Of a stretch of DNA of 64,000 nt, positions 45,698 through 55,255 are shown piece by piece. The notes beneath the pieces were generated by a model. That model worked only from the letters and a program-made list of their open reading frames with translations, did not search any database and was not told the origin of the DNA. The position numbers were made by a program, and so were the translations under genes. This DNA comes from an uncultured Anaerolineae bacterium (GTDB lineage: Bacteria > Chloroflexota > Anaerolineae > Aggregatilineales > UBA3940), in the NCBI GenBank assembly GCA_964390105.1, contig CAYMGV010000001.1:334000-397999 (forward strand). Direction: 5' to 3'. Numbering within the stretch: the stretch's first letter is position 1; every line of letters begins with the position of its first letter.

Positions 45698-48346
45698 TTA
45701 ACTCTCTATACGTGTGGATAAAATGTCACTTAAATTGCCCGCCATGAAAGCTGAATACGCTGGTGCGTTATCCAGTATTGGGTCATGCACGGCATCTTCA
45801 CCGGGATAATAGGCGCGAACCATCTCTGGCTGCTCTCCGACCTGCGGTTCTCCACGCAGTGGATCGGGCAGAACCCGCACCAGGGCGCGGATATGCTGCG
45901 TCTTTCCTTCGTCGGTACGACGTGTAAGACGATGAATGCCATCCTCTAACCTTAGCAGACCGTAAGCCCCATATCCACTGACCAGGATGCTATCCTGATC
46001 AGTCACATCACGTACCAGGTACGGCTGATCTTCTGCCCATGCCCGGTACATCTGCATCAACTGTGCGGCCCAATGCGCGGCCTCTGAACGCTTGCCAACT
46101 GGGGTTACGCTCAGGCGGGCGTTGATATGGGGGCTGATTTCGCCCAGCTTCTCAGCAAGCCGAATCCGGCCCATTTCATGAACAATGAACGTATACTTGA
46201 GCATGGCATCGCTGCGATGAGTACCGCGGCCCCCGCCCCTCCCCAACACGTTCTGAAACGCCTCAAAATTGCGCTGAAGCCGCTCAAGCTGCTCGACCCG
46301 GTTACTGAGAGTTGTCACCTCGGATATTTCAACCTGGGCTGTATCGAGGTCATCCCAGACGGAGATCGATGACAACAGCCGCATTCGCTCTGAAAGCTGT
46401 TCGCGCATATCAGCAAGATCGAACTGCGCCAACAGAGAATCCACTTCGCGCCGCAGGGCGGGCAACAATGCGCGCAGTTCGGCGGCACTCAGGGCATCTT
46501 CCATATCGGGGGACACGCCATCAGACGAAAGGTCTGGCAGTTCAAGCGCCGATGCGATGCGCCCCTCACGCATAAACAGCCGTAAAGAGGCACCGTCCGG
46601 CGGTTGGTTACGAATCAACTGCTGGGCCAGTGGGTACGCAATAGCCTTCTCAATCTGGCGGGAGAGATAGCGAGCGCCATAACGTTCGCTGTACCCATGC
46701 TGAACCACCCACTCGATCACGGAGTTCTCGATCTCTACCTCAAGACCGCGCCGCTGAATGCCCTCACGCTGTAGGATTTCCTGCACGCGCCGGTAGGCGA
46801 TCTCACGCAGAACAGACGGAGTCAGCGGTTTAAAGAACGAAATGCTGTCGATGCGGTTGACCAGTTCCGGTGAGAAAAAGCGTACCAGTTCCTCTCGTAT
46901 CTGGTGTTCGTGATCCTCAAGTGAGACGCTGGGGCCAAAGCCCAATCGCGGTGCAGAGAGAATTCGCGCACCAAAGTTACTGGTCAGGATAAATATGGCA
47001 TTCCGCAGGTTGACCACCTCCGAGGTGCCATTGATCAACATACCTTCATCAAACAATTGGAAGAAACGCAGGAACACTTCGGGATGCGCTTTCTCAAATT
47101 CATCCAGCAGGATCACGGAGAACGCCTTATCCTGCAAGCGCATGGTGAACTGCCCGCGCCGCGCTTCCTCGTCGAAGCCATGTGGGTTGCCAAACAGCGT
47201 CCCGACATGCCAGTCCTGTACGTAATCAGCCATGTTGAAACGCACAATCAGGTCTTCACTGCCGAAGAAGAAGGTGGAAAGAGCACGAGCCAGTTCGGTC
47301 TTGCCCACCCCGGTAGGGCCAATAAACAGGAATACGCCCATCGGACGGCGTGGATCATTGAGGCGCGTACGGAGCAGGCTCAGCGTTTGCACTACCGTAT
47401 CAACAGCCGGTTCCTGCCCCAACACATGATGGCCGAACCATGAGCGGACTTCGGCTTCGTCATAAGGCTCATCATCGGTCAGCAGGATGCGTGGCAAGCC
47501 GGTTTTCTCCGCAAACCGTGCAATCACATCCTCAACGGCGAGAACCAGGGCATCTGAAGGTTCGGCAGTGAGCAGGGCCAGCGCTTCGAGAAGCAGGTCG
47601 ATGGCTTTGCCGGGCAGCGCTTCAGCCAACGCAAAGCGCCGTGTCAAATCTATGGCGTGTTCGCTGGCTTCAGGCCGAATTCGCACACCTTCCTTGCGAT
47701 GAATATCCTCAGCTGATGCATGAACAATATCTTGCACGGTCTGGATATCCGGCTCCGTGACCTTGACTTCCATCAGGATGTGCTTGAACTCCGGGTACGC
47801 CGAGAGAAACCCAGCCACGGCATCGGAGCGGCCTTCAGTGATGAGGCGGTTATCTGAACTCTGGAGCTGCCCCAGCAGGAACTGGGCCATATCGAACGGG
47901 TCATCCATCGTGGCACCAGCCGCCAGAGTCGAGGGCAATGCATCAATATACAGAATCACCTCAGGGTGGCTGCCCCACAGGCTCATTAACTGCCCAAGTT
48001 TCTCCTGCCAGCCCAGCACACCGAAAGCACGCAGGATGCTGCGGGCACTCAGCGACCACACCTCGCTGCCCTCAATTGCTGCTGGACAGTCACCCCGGTA
48101 AATGCGCTCGGCAGCAGTGTGGATCACAGCGGTTTTTCCAACACGTGCTGCACCCGTCACCACGATCTGCCCCTTCAGAGGAGAAGCCAGTGACGTCAGA
48201 ATCTGCTCGACCTCGGCATCACGAAAGTACGCAGGCTGTAGGTCGCCAGTCCGTGCCCGCTCAGTGAGATGGATGGCACACTGCTCCAGCAGGCCCCGCA
48301 TCCGGCAAGCACCATCATCAGGTTTACGGCTCGCCTCGGTTGGCAT
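45698..48346 (-). CDS. ClpA/B-type double AAA+ ATPase fused to an RF2-like C-terminal module lacking GGQ
   Basis: D1: GAARVGKT, with a degenerate Walker B ILYIDALP. D2: GPTGVGKT, VILLDEFEKAHP, ILTSNFG, ERYGARYLSRQIEK. The C-terminal ~250 aa carry SVWDDLDTAQ, AHWAAQLMQMYRAWAE, GYGAYGLLRLEDGIHRLTR and VRAYYPGEDAVHDP, which are collinear with RF2 domains 1, 2 and 4. The ATG shares a base with the uvrA stop. Confidence 0.75.
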   Translation of the reverse strand: MPTEASRKPDDGACRMRGLLEQCAIHLTERARTGDLQPAYFRDAEVEQILTSLASPLKGQIVVTGAARVGKTAVIHTAAERIYRGDCPAAIEGSEVWSLSARSILRAFGVLGWQEKLGQLMSLWGSHPEVILYIDALPSTLAAGATMDDPFDMAQFLLGQLQSSDNRLITEGRSDAVAGFLSAYPEFKHILMEVKVTEPDIQTVQDIVHASAEDIHRKEGVRIRPEASEHAIDLTRRFALAEALPGKAIDLLLEALALLTAEPSDALVLAVEDVIARFAEKTGLPRILLTDDEPYDEAEVRSWFGHHVLGQEPAVDTVVQTLSLLRTRLNDPRRPMGVFLFIGPTGVGKTELARALSTFFFGSEDLIVRFNMADYVQDWHVGTLFGNPHGFDEEARRGQFTMRLQDKAFSVILLDEFEKAHPEVFLRFFQLFDEGMLINGTSEVVNLRNAIFILTSNFGARILSAPRLGFGPSVSLEDHEHQIREELVRFFSPELVNRIDSISFFKPLTPSVLREIAYRRVQEILQREGIQRRGLEVEIENSVIEWVVQHGYSERYGARYLSRQIEKAIAYPLAQQLIRNQPPDGASLRLFMREGRIASALELPDLSSDGVSPDMEDALSAAELRALLPALRREVDSLLAQFDLADMREQLSERMRLLSSISVWDDLDTAQVEISEVTTLSNRVEQLERLQRNFEAFQNVLGRGGGRGTHRSDAMLKYTFIVHEMGRIRLAEKLGEISPHINARLSVTPVGKRSEAAHWAAQLMQMYRAWAEDQPYLVRDVTDQDSILVSGYGAYGLLRLEDGIHRLTRRTDEGKTQHIRALVRVLPDPLRGEPQVGEQPEMVRAYYPGEDAVHDPILDNAPAYSAFMAGNLSDILSTRIES

Positions 48347-51258
48347 TATGTTGCTCCCAGCGCCGGGGATGGCACATCAAGTACCTCAGCCAGGAAACTG
48401 CCGGTATAAGACTGTGAGTGCCTGGCAATTTCCTCCGGTGTCCCAGTCGCCACGATCTGGCCGCCCGCGTGGCCGCCTTCGGGTCCTAGATCGATGATGT
48501 AATCCGCCACTTTAATAATATCAAGGTTGTGCTCAATGATAACAACCGTGTTCCCCTGATCGACCAGTGTTTGAAGTACTTCGATCAGACGAGCCACGTC
48601 GTGTGTATGTAAACCTACACTGGGTTCGTCCAGCACATAAAAGGTTTGCCCCGTAGACCGCTTGGCAAGCTCGCGGCTCAGCTTAATGCGCTGAGCCTCG
48701 CCACCTGATAGCGTGGTCGCAGGCTGCCCTAACCGCACGTAACCCAGCCCCACATCGTTTAGAGTTGACACCTTGTTGATGATGCCAGGAAACGCCTCAA
48801 AGACCTCCATAGCCTCAGATACCGTCAAATCCAGCACATCCGCAATGCTAAGCCCCTTGAACTTGACCTGAAGTGTCTCCCGGTTGTAGCGCTGCCCCTT
48901 ACATACATCGCAGGGGATGTAAATATCGGGCAGGAACTGCATCTCAACCTGGATCACACCCTGCCCCTGGCAGGCTTCACAGCGCCCTCCCTTGACGTTG
49001 AAGCTGAAACGTCCCGGCTTATATCCTCTGATCTGGCTTTCGGGCATCTCCGCAAACAGGTTGCGGATCGGGTCAAACATCTTGGTATAGGTTGCCGGGT
49101 TGCTGCGTGGTGTGCGGCCAATCGGGGACTGGTCGATATTGACGATCTTGTCGATATGGTCAATACCGTGCACATCCTCATGCACACCGGCACGCTGGCG
49201 GCTGCCATGCAGCACTTGCGCCAGCCGCTTGTATAACACCTCCAGCAGCAGGGAACTCTTTCCACTGCCGGATACCCCCGTGATGCACACCATCCTGCCC
49301 AGCGGAATATCAACGGTGACATCTTTAAGGTTGTTTTCAGTAGCACCAACAATCGTCAGAGCCTTGCCATTGCCGTTTCGACGTTCTGTCGGCACCTCGA
49401 TGCGCCGGCGGCCTGACAGGTAGGCCCCGGTGATCGAAGCGGGATCATTGATGATGTGTTCGGGTGGGCCACTCGATACGACTGCTCCACCAAACTCCCC
49501 TGCCCCGGGGCCAAGGTCCACGATCCAATCGGCGTGGCGCATGGTTTCCTCATCATGCTCGACGACCAACAGCGTATTGCCAAGGTCGCGCATCCCCTCA
49601 AGCGTCTGAATCAGGCGCATGTTGTCGCGCGGATGCAGCCCAATACTCGGCTCATCCAGCACATAGAGTACCCCCATGAGCTGTGAGCCAATCTGTGTCG
49701 CCAGCCGGATGCGCTGCGCCTCTCCACCGGATAATGACCCAGCGCTACGAGACAGGGTAAGATAGTCGAGGCCCACATTGACCATGAACCTGAGCCGTGA
49801 CTGGATCTCCTTGAGAACCTGGTTGGCAATCGTCAGGTCACGCTCAGAGAGTACAGGCTCACCGCCGTCTTCCCCGGTCAGGATGCGCACCCAATCCAAC
49901 AGGTCACGCACGGGGAGGTTGGTGAGCGTATAGATCGATTGATCATTCACAGTGACAGCGCGTGCCACCGGGTTCAGCCGCTCACCGTGACAAGTCGGGC
50001 AGGGCCGTTCGATCATGTAGCTCTCGATCTTGGACCGGATGTAGTCGGAGCTGGTCTCCCGGTACCGTCGCGACAGGTTGCCAATCACACCTTCATAGCG
50101 AGACTTATACCGGCGCAGATCACCCGCCTTGTTACGGTAGGTAACAGGTATTGCCTTGTTGTCAGTGCCGTATAGCAACACATGTTGATGCTTTTCGGAT
50201 AGCTCACGCCACGGTACATTCATCGGGATGCCATACTCTGCCGCCACTGCCGTCACAACCTGCCGATAGTAGCCTTCCTCGTCCCATGTGTCCCAGCCGG
50301 AAGCGTCGAATGGCCCCTGGCCAAGTGTGATTTCCGGGTTCGGGATGACCATATCAGGTGAAATCTCCAACCGCACCCCCAACCCCTGGCAGTCATCACA
50401 GGCACCGCTCGGATTGTTGAACGAGAAGGTACGCGGCTCGATCTCAGGCAGGCTGATGTTGCAGTGCGGGCAAAACAGGTTTTCGGAGAACAGGATGTCC
50501 TCCCCCGTCTCAGCAACGTTGACAGTTGCAACACCATCGCCCATTTCGAGGGCGGTCTCAATACCATCGGTCAGACGGCTGCGATCCGAGTTAGCTTCTT
50601 CACCATGCGGGTCATCGTAGGCACGAATCACCAACCGGTCGATCACGACTTCGATGGTGTGCGTCTTGTAGCGGTCAAGTTCGATCTCCTCTTCGACCTC
50701 ACGCACCTCACCATTAACACGCACCCGTACGAAGCCCGCCTTGCGGATATCCTCAAATACACGCTGATGATGCCCTTTACGGCCCTTGATGATGGGGGCC
50801 AGCAGCTGCAGGCGCGTGCCTTCCGTCATGTTTTCGATGTTCTCAACGATTTGCTGGGCGGTTTGCCGGATCACTTCACGGCCACAGTTGGGGCAGTGTG
50901 GCACCCCGACCCGGGCATAGAGCAAACGCAGATAGTCATAGACCTCAGTGACCGTCCCCACCGTTGAGCGAGGATTACGGCTCACACCCTTTTGATCAAT
51001 GGAGACTGCCGGGCTGAGTCCCTCGATCTGGTCCACATCGGGTTTGTCCATCCGGCCAAGGAACTGACGCGCATAGGCAGAGAGCGATTCAACATAGCGC
51101 CGCTGCCCCTCCGCGAAGATAGTGTCAAACGCCAACGACGACTTCCCCGATCCGGATAACCCCGTAATGACCACCAGCTTGTCACGGGGTATGTTGAGAT
51201 CGATGTTCTTGAGGTTATGTTCCCGCGCCCCACGGATGATGATACTATCATGCGCCAT
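48346..51258 (-). CDS. uvrA: excinuclease ABC subunit A
   Basis: [47 protein letters not shown], two ABC modules ([18 protein letters not shown] twice) and zinc-finger Cys clusters. ATG 51258 has GAGGGGGA upstream. Confidence 0.95.
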   Translation of the reverse strand: MAHDSIIIRGAREHNLKNIDLNIPRDKLVVITGLSGSGKSSLAFDTIFAEGQRRYVESLSAYARQFLGRMDKPDVDQIEGLSPAVSIDQKGVSRNPRSTVGTVTEVYDYLRLLYARVGVPHCPNCGREVIRQTAQQIVENIENMTEGTRLQLLAPIIKGRKGHHQRVFEDIRKAGFVRVRVNGEVREVEEEIELDRYKTHTIEVVIDRLVIRAYDDPHGEEANSDRSRLTDGIETALEMGDGVATVNVAETGEDILFSENLFCPHCNISLPEIEPRTFSFNNPSGACDDCQGLGVRLEISPDMVIPNPEITLGQGPFDASGWDTWDEEGYYRQVVTAVAAEYGIPMNVPWRELSEKHQHVLLYGTDNKAIPVTYRNKAGDLRRYKSRYEGVIGNLSRRYRETSSDYIRSKIESYMIERPCPTCHGERLNPVARAVTVNDQSIYTLTNLPVRDLLDWVRILTGEDGGEPVLSERDLTIANQVLKEIQSRLRFMVNVGLDYLTLSRSAGSLSGGEAQRIRLATQIGSQLMGVLYVLDEPSIGLHPRDNMRLIQTLEGMRDLGNTLLVVEHDEETMRHADWIVDLGPGAGEFGGAVVSSGPPEHIINDPASITGAYLSGRRRIEVPTERRNGNGKALTIVGATENNLKDVTVDIPLGRMVCITGVSGSGKSSLLLEVLYKRLAQVLHGSRQRAGVHEDVHGIDHIDKIVNIDQSPIGRTPRSNPATYTKMFDPIRNLFAEMPESQIRGYKPGRFSFNVKGGRCEACQGQGVIQVEMQFLPDIYIPCDVCKGQRYNRETLQVKFKGLSIADVLDLTVSEAMEVFEAFPGIINKVSTLNDVGLGYVRLGQPATTLSGGEAQRIKLSRELAKRSTGQTFYVLDEPSVGLHTHDVARLIEVLQTLVDQGNTVVIIEHNLDIIKVADYIIDLGPEGGHAGGQIVATGTPEEIARHSQSYTGSFLAEVLDVPSPALGAT

Positions 51259-51346
51259 GCGTCTTGCTTCCCCCTCAACAACCAAATCCGCACACTTGCG
51301 TACAGATCATTGTAAATTCCAAGGTAGCCTGATATGTTCAGTAATG

Positions 51347-51360
51347 CGAACACTTATTCT
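51347..51360. promoter_or_regulatory. candidate LexA (SOS) box upstream of uvrA
   Basis: CGAACACTTATTCT resembles the GAAC-N4-GTTC Cheo-type box, but the second half-site is degenerate (ATTC). It lies ~90 nt upstream of the uvrA ATG. Weak. Confidence 0.25.
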
Positions 51361-51452
51361 ATCGTGAGCGAGTGCGGTATTCAATCATTCTTGTGATATA
51401 ACATCGTGTAACGTTCGCAACCAGATCACATCAGAGTAAACGACATATCGAT

Positions 51453-52937
51453 ATGGCAGATCAGCGTACACCATCTACAAATAACCTTCCCGTTGAAATT
51501 GATCGCAGGCGCTACCGCCGCGCGATGCGCTTCTTCCGGCGTGCCGGGTTGAACATCGTGTGGTGGGAGATCATCCTTAAGCGCCTGCGTGGTGAGGTCT
51601 TCGTCGCCGAAGGCCGCGAGGAGCGCACGCGCCGCTACGCCCGTGAGTTTCGTGAAGTCGCCATCAAACTAGGCGGCGTGATGATCAAACTCGGACAGTT
51701 TCTCAGTGCGCGTGTGGATGTCATGCCTGATTCGCTGATCGCAGAGTTGGCAGGCCTGCAGGACGAAGTGCCTCCTGTTGATACCACGATCATGATGCAG
51801 GTGCTGCATGAAGAACTCAGCCAGCCAATCAGTGCAGTATTCAGCCACATTGATGAAGAACCCGTGGCAGCAGCATCACTTGGGCAGGTCTACCGTGGCA
51901 AGCTGTTGAATGGCGATCGTGTGGCGATCAAAATTCTGCGCCCCGGCATTGATGTGACCGTCGCCAGCGATATGAAGGCGCTGCACAAGGTCGCCAGATG
52001 GGTCATGTACTGGAAGCTGATCGCAAAGCGTGCCGATGTCCCTGCGCTGCTTGAGGAGTTCGAGCGCATCCTGTGGGATGAGTTGGATTACCGCACCGAA
52101 GCCGACAATGCCGAACGCTTCCAGCATATGTACTATGAAAACATTGAGGTTTACATCCCTGAGATTTATCGCGAGTTCAGCAGCGACCGTGTGCTGGTCA
52201 TGGAGGACGTGACCGCCATTAAGCTGAACGATGTCTCCGCCCTGAAGGAGGCCGGGATCGATCCATCGATGGTGGCCCGGCGCATGATGGACACTTACCT
52301 TCAGCAGTTCTTCCGCTTCGGTTTCTTCCACGCGGACCCCCACCCCGGCAACCTGTTTGTCTACCCGCTGCCGGAAGCTGCCGAACACCAGATGTACGGT
52401 CGGCGCGGGGCGCGGCATCCGGGGCGCGCATTTTATCTTGTGTTCATCGATTTCGGCATGTGTGGAACCATCACCCAACAACGCCGTGAGGGCCTGCGTG
52501 AGACTGTGATCGCGATCGGCACGCGGGATGTCGAGCGTCTGCTGAATTCGCTGCAAACCCTCGAAATCCTTCTGCCCTCGGAATATGATGAGGAACTCAA
52601 AGCTGCGGCGCAGGAATCACTGGACTTCATGTGGGGGAAAAGCCCCCAGGAACTGGCCTACATGGACACCCGTGAATATGAACACCTGATCAAGAAGTAT
52701 CGCAAGATGTTGTATGACCTGCCATTTCAGGTCCCGCAGGATTTCCTGTATGTGGGACGTGCCAGCGGCATTCTTTCGGGTGTGTGTACCGAACTTGATG
52801 AGAACTTTGACCCATGGGATATGGCAGCCAGCAGCGCCCGCAAGCTGCTGACCCGTGAGATGCTAAGCAGCGGTGAAGCGATCTCAACCACGCTGACGTT
52901 CGTAGGCGAGGCGATCAGGCGTCAGCGCGGGGCATGA
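51453..52937 (+). CDS. ABC1/UbiB-family atypical kinase
   Basis: KLGQFLSARVDVMP, AAASLGQVYRG...VAIKILRPG and the GFFHADPHPGNL catalytic loop are present. Confidence 0.85.
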   Translation: MADQRTPSTNNLPVEIDRRRYRRAMRFFRRAGLNIVWWEIILKRLRGEVFVAEGREERTRRYAREFREVAIKLGGVMIKLGQFLSARVDVMPDSLIAELAGLQDEVPPVDTTIMMQVLHEELSQPISAVFSHIDEEPVAAASLGQVYRGKLLNGDRVAIKILRPGIDVTVASDMKALHKVARWVMYWKLIAKRADVPALLEEFERILWDELDYRTEADNAERFQHMYYENIEVYIPEIYREFSSDRVLVMEDVTAIKLNDVSALKEAGIDPSMVARRMMDTYLQQFFRFGFFHADPHPGNLFVYPLPEAAEHQMYGRRGARHPGRAFYLVFIDFGMCGTITQQRREGLRETVIAIGTRDVERLLNSLQTLEILLPSEYDEELKAAAQESLDFMWGKSPQELAYMDTREYEHLIKKYRKMLYDLPFQVPQDFLYVGRASGILSGVCTELDENFDPWDMAASSARKLLTREMLSSGEAISTTLTFVGEAIRRQRGA

Positions 52938-52944
52938 TGCCAGC

Positions 52945-54084
52945 ATGACAGGCGTTGAGGCCAGCATTAAAGCACGTGCGAAGGCACTCGGCTTCTCATC
53001 GGCTGGGATTGTTGCTGCCGCCCCAGGCAGACGCATCGAGGCTTACATGGCCTGGGTTGAGGCTGGCATGCACGGCGAAATGGGCTACCTCGCCCGCGAA
53101 GACCGGCTGAACCGGCGGCGTGACCCTGCCATCATCCTGCCGGATATGCGCTCGATTATCAGCGTGACACTGGATTACTTCACCGGGCACCTCCCCGCCT
53201 ACATTACCCAAGACCCAACGCGAGGCCGCATCGCCAGCTACGCATGGCACACCGACTACCATGATGTGATGCTGGAGAAGCTAGCCGCCCTGGAAACCAC
53301 CCTCACCGGCCTCGCCAGCAACAGCCCCACACATCGAAGTTACGTGGATACCGGGGCCATCCTTGAGCGGGACCACGCCGAATCCGCCCGGTTGGGATTC
53401 ACGGGCAAGAATACAATGCTGATTCATCCCCGCCGAGGCAGCACTTTCTTCATCGGCGAAATCCTAACAACGCTGCCACTCGCGCCAGATCGCCCTACCC
53501 CAACACCGGGGTGTGGCACCTGCACGCGCTGCCTCAAGGCCTGCCCCACCGATGCCTTCCCAACTCCATATCAACTTGATGCGCGACGCTGTATCTCATA
53601 CCTTACTATTGAGTTGAAGGGAGCCATCCCGCATGAACTGCGCCCCCTGGTTGGTAACTGGGTGTATGGCTGTGACATCTGCCAGGACGTCTGCCCATGG
53701 CAGCGATTTGCCGGGGACCAGCATCCGGTCTTATTCTCTATGCCGGATACAGCCTATGCAGCCCCCCACCTTACGGACCTGTTGACGCTGACCGAGGAGG
53801 GTTTCAGGGCGCGCTACCAGGACAGCCCTGTTTACCGTGTTAAACGGCACAGGTTGGTTCGGAATGCGTGCGTAGCGGCAGGCAATAGTGGACACACTGC
53901 CCTCGCGGCCCTGCTGATCCCGCTGCTAAAAGATGACGCGAACCTTGTGCGGGGTCATGCCGCGTGGGCATTGGGCGAGTTAAAGAGGGGGCAGGCAGCC
54001 CTGGCGGATGCACGGCAATCCGAATCTGATGCCTATGTTCATGACGAAATCACGCGGGCACTGACCCTGTTCAACTGGAAGTAA
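52945..54084 (+). CDS. queG: tRNA epoxyqueuosine(34) reductase
   Basis: Two 4Fe-4S clusters (CGTCTRCLKACP, CDICQDVCP), ISYLTIE, and C-terminal HEAT-like repeats (VRGHAAWALGEL). Confidence 0.88.
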   Translation: MTGVEASIKARAKALGFSSAGIVAAAPGRRIEAYMAWVEAGMHGEMGYLAREDRLNRRRDPAIILPDMRSIISVTLDYFTGHLPAYITQDPTRGRIASYAWHTDYHDVMLEKLAALETTLTGLASNSPTHRSYVDTGAILERDHAESARLGFTGKNTMLIHPRRGSTFFIGEILTTLPLAPDRPTPTPGCGTCTRCLKACPTDAFPTPYQLDARRCISYLTIELKGAIPHELRPLVGNWVYGCDICQDVCPWQRFAGDQHPVLFSMPDTAYAAPHLTDLLTLTEEGFRARYQDSPVYRVKRHRLVRNACVAAGNSGHTALAALLIPLLKDDANLVRGHAAWALGELKRGQAALADARQSESDAYVHDEITRALTLFNWK

Positions 54085-54088
54085 CATC

Positions 54089-54715
54089 ATGAGTGAACCG
54101 ACACGTATCCTGCTTGACCTGATTCCACCCGGCAGTGAATCCGCAGCGCTGGAAATCGGTGTTACGCTGCCGCTCTACCCTGGCAGCATCGCCTGTGACG
54201 AACAAACCATCGCCGCTGTATTACACGGTGACCCACTCCCGTATGAGTCTTGCACATTTGATCTTCTCATCTGCCATGACCTGCTGCACAGGGCCACCCG
54301 TATCGACAGGATGGTAGCGGAGTATGCCAGGGTGTTGAAACCCGGTGGTCAGATCGGCCTGATTGAACCTGTCACACCGGGCGAACCTGCGGTGGCCCGA
54401 TTCATTAACGATCTTGAACATGTCCGCTCCACCACACACCAGTGGACGGGTTCAATTGATGACCTGCTCACCTATCTGTCGTTGGCGGCCATTGAAAAAA
54501 CCTTTGATCAAGTCCTCTCAGTGCGTATGGATTTCAACTCCTGGCTGACCAACAGTGACCTTGCATCCAACGACGTGGCCCGCATCAAAGCCGCGCTGCT
54601 GGCAGCCCCGGAAAAGCCGGCTGAATGGCTTGAAGTCGAGCAGACCAGCCACCGGATCACGTTGATGTGCTATACGGCAGTGATCACCGGCAGGAAGTCA
54701 ATTGCCACCAGTTGA
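54089..54715 (+). CDS. methyltransferase-fold protein with degenerate SAM motif I
   Basis: The type-11-like core reads FDLLICHDLLHRA...VLKPGGQIGLIEP. Where GxGxG is expected the sequence reads LLDLIPPGSES. Confidence 0.5.
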   Translation: MSEPTRILLDLIPPGSESAALEIGVTLPLYPGSIACDEQTIAAVLHGDPLPYESCTFDLLICHDLLHRATRIDRMVAEYARVLKPGGQIGLIEPVTPGEPAVARFINDLEHVRSTTHQWTGSIDDLLTYLSLAAIEKTFDQVLSVRMDFNSWLTNSDLASNDVARIKAALLAAPEKPAEWLEVEQTSHRITLMCYTAVITGRKSIATS

Positions 54716-54767
54716 GGGCGGCGGTAGAATCCGCTTTGTGATCATATGCATCACCATGGAGGTTGCT

Positions 54768-55145
54768 ATGAAGCCAATCCAACGATGGGGTTTCGTCCTT
54801 GCCACGCTAAATGACTTCGCTGACATGGAAGGTCAACTTGTGGCACAAAAAACCGAACCCGCCATCTTTGTACCAGATGACCTGATCTACCGTTGGTTTG
54901 AGTCGTTTCTCGATGGTGACGACCTGACCCGCGTTGGGCTGTCTGAACATATACTGGATGCATTAGACGATTTCGATTTTAACCTGCGCGAGTTAATCGA
55001 GATCGTGCCGGAAGACAGTGATGACCCGGAAGAATACATCCGCACTGACGAGGTATGGGGCACGGTCCGTGAACTTGCAGATATTACGCTTGATCGTATC
55101 ATCTACCTGACCACTCCCGCCGAGATTGATTTCACCATCAACTAG
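54768..55145 (+). CDS. hypothetical acidic protein
   Basis: ATG 54768 lies 5 nt after GGAGG. 125 aa, Asp/Glu-rich. No family recognised. Confidence 0.45.
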   Translation: MKPIQRWGFVLATLNDFADMEGQLVAQKTEPAIFVPDDLIYRWFESFLDGDDLTRVGLSEHILDALDDFDFNLRELIEIVPEDSDDPEEYIRTDEVWGTVRELADITLDRIIYLTTPAEIDFTIN

Positions 55146-55164
55146 CAGAGATCACGCAGCCAGG

Positions 55165-55199
55165 GGGCACGGCACGCTGCGCCGTGCCCTTTTTATTTA
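55165..55199 (+). terminator. intrinsic terminator
   Basis: GGGCACGGC, loop, GCCGTGCCC, followed by TTTTTATTTAT. It also argues against the ORF-track miaB start at 55184, which lies inside the hairpin. Confidence 0.8.
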
Positions 55200-55255
55200 T
55201 CACAATTTTTGATATGATCCAGCCCCGTTTGGTTAGTGAGCGTATTGAGAGCGAT

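Noticed and set aside
51347-51360. Treating the GAAC-N4-ATTC site upstream of uvrA as an established SOS box.
   Set aside because: One half-site is degenerate and the LexA motif of this lineage is not known from this window. It is kept only as a low-confidence feature to be tested by a genome-wide motif scan.
54089-54715. Pseudogene call for the methyltransferase-fold gene with the degenerate SAM motif I (LLDLIPPGSES).
   Set aside because: The reading frame is intact and tightly spaced after queG (4-nt gap). The rest of the fold looks conserved, so a non-catalytic or divergent family member is as likely as decay.
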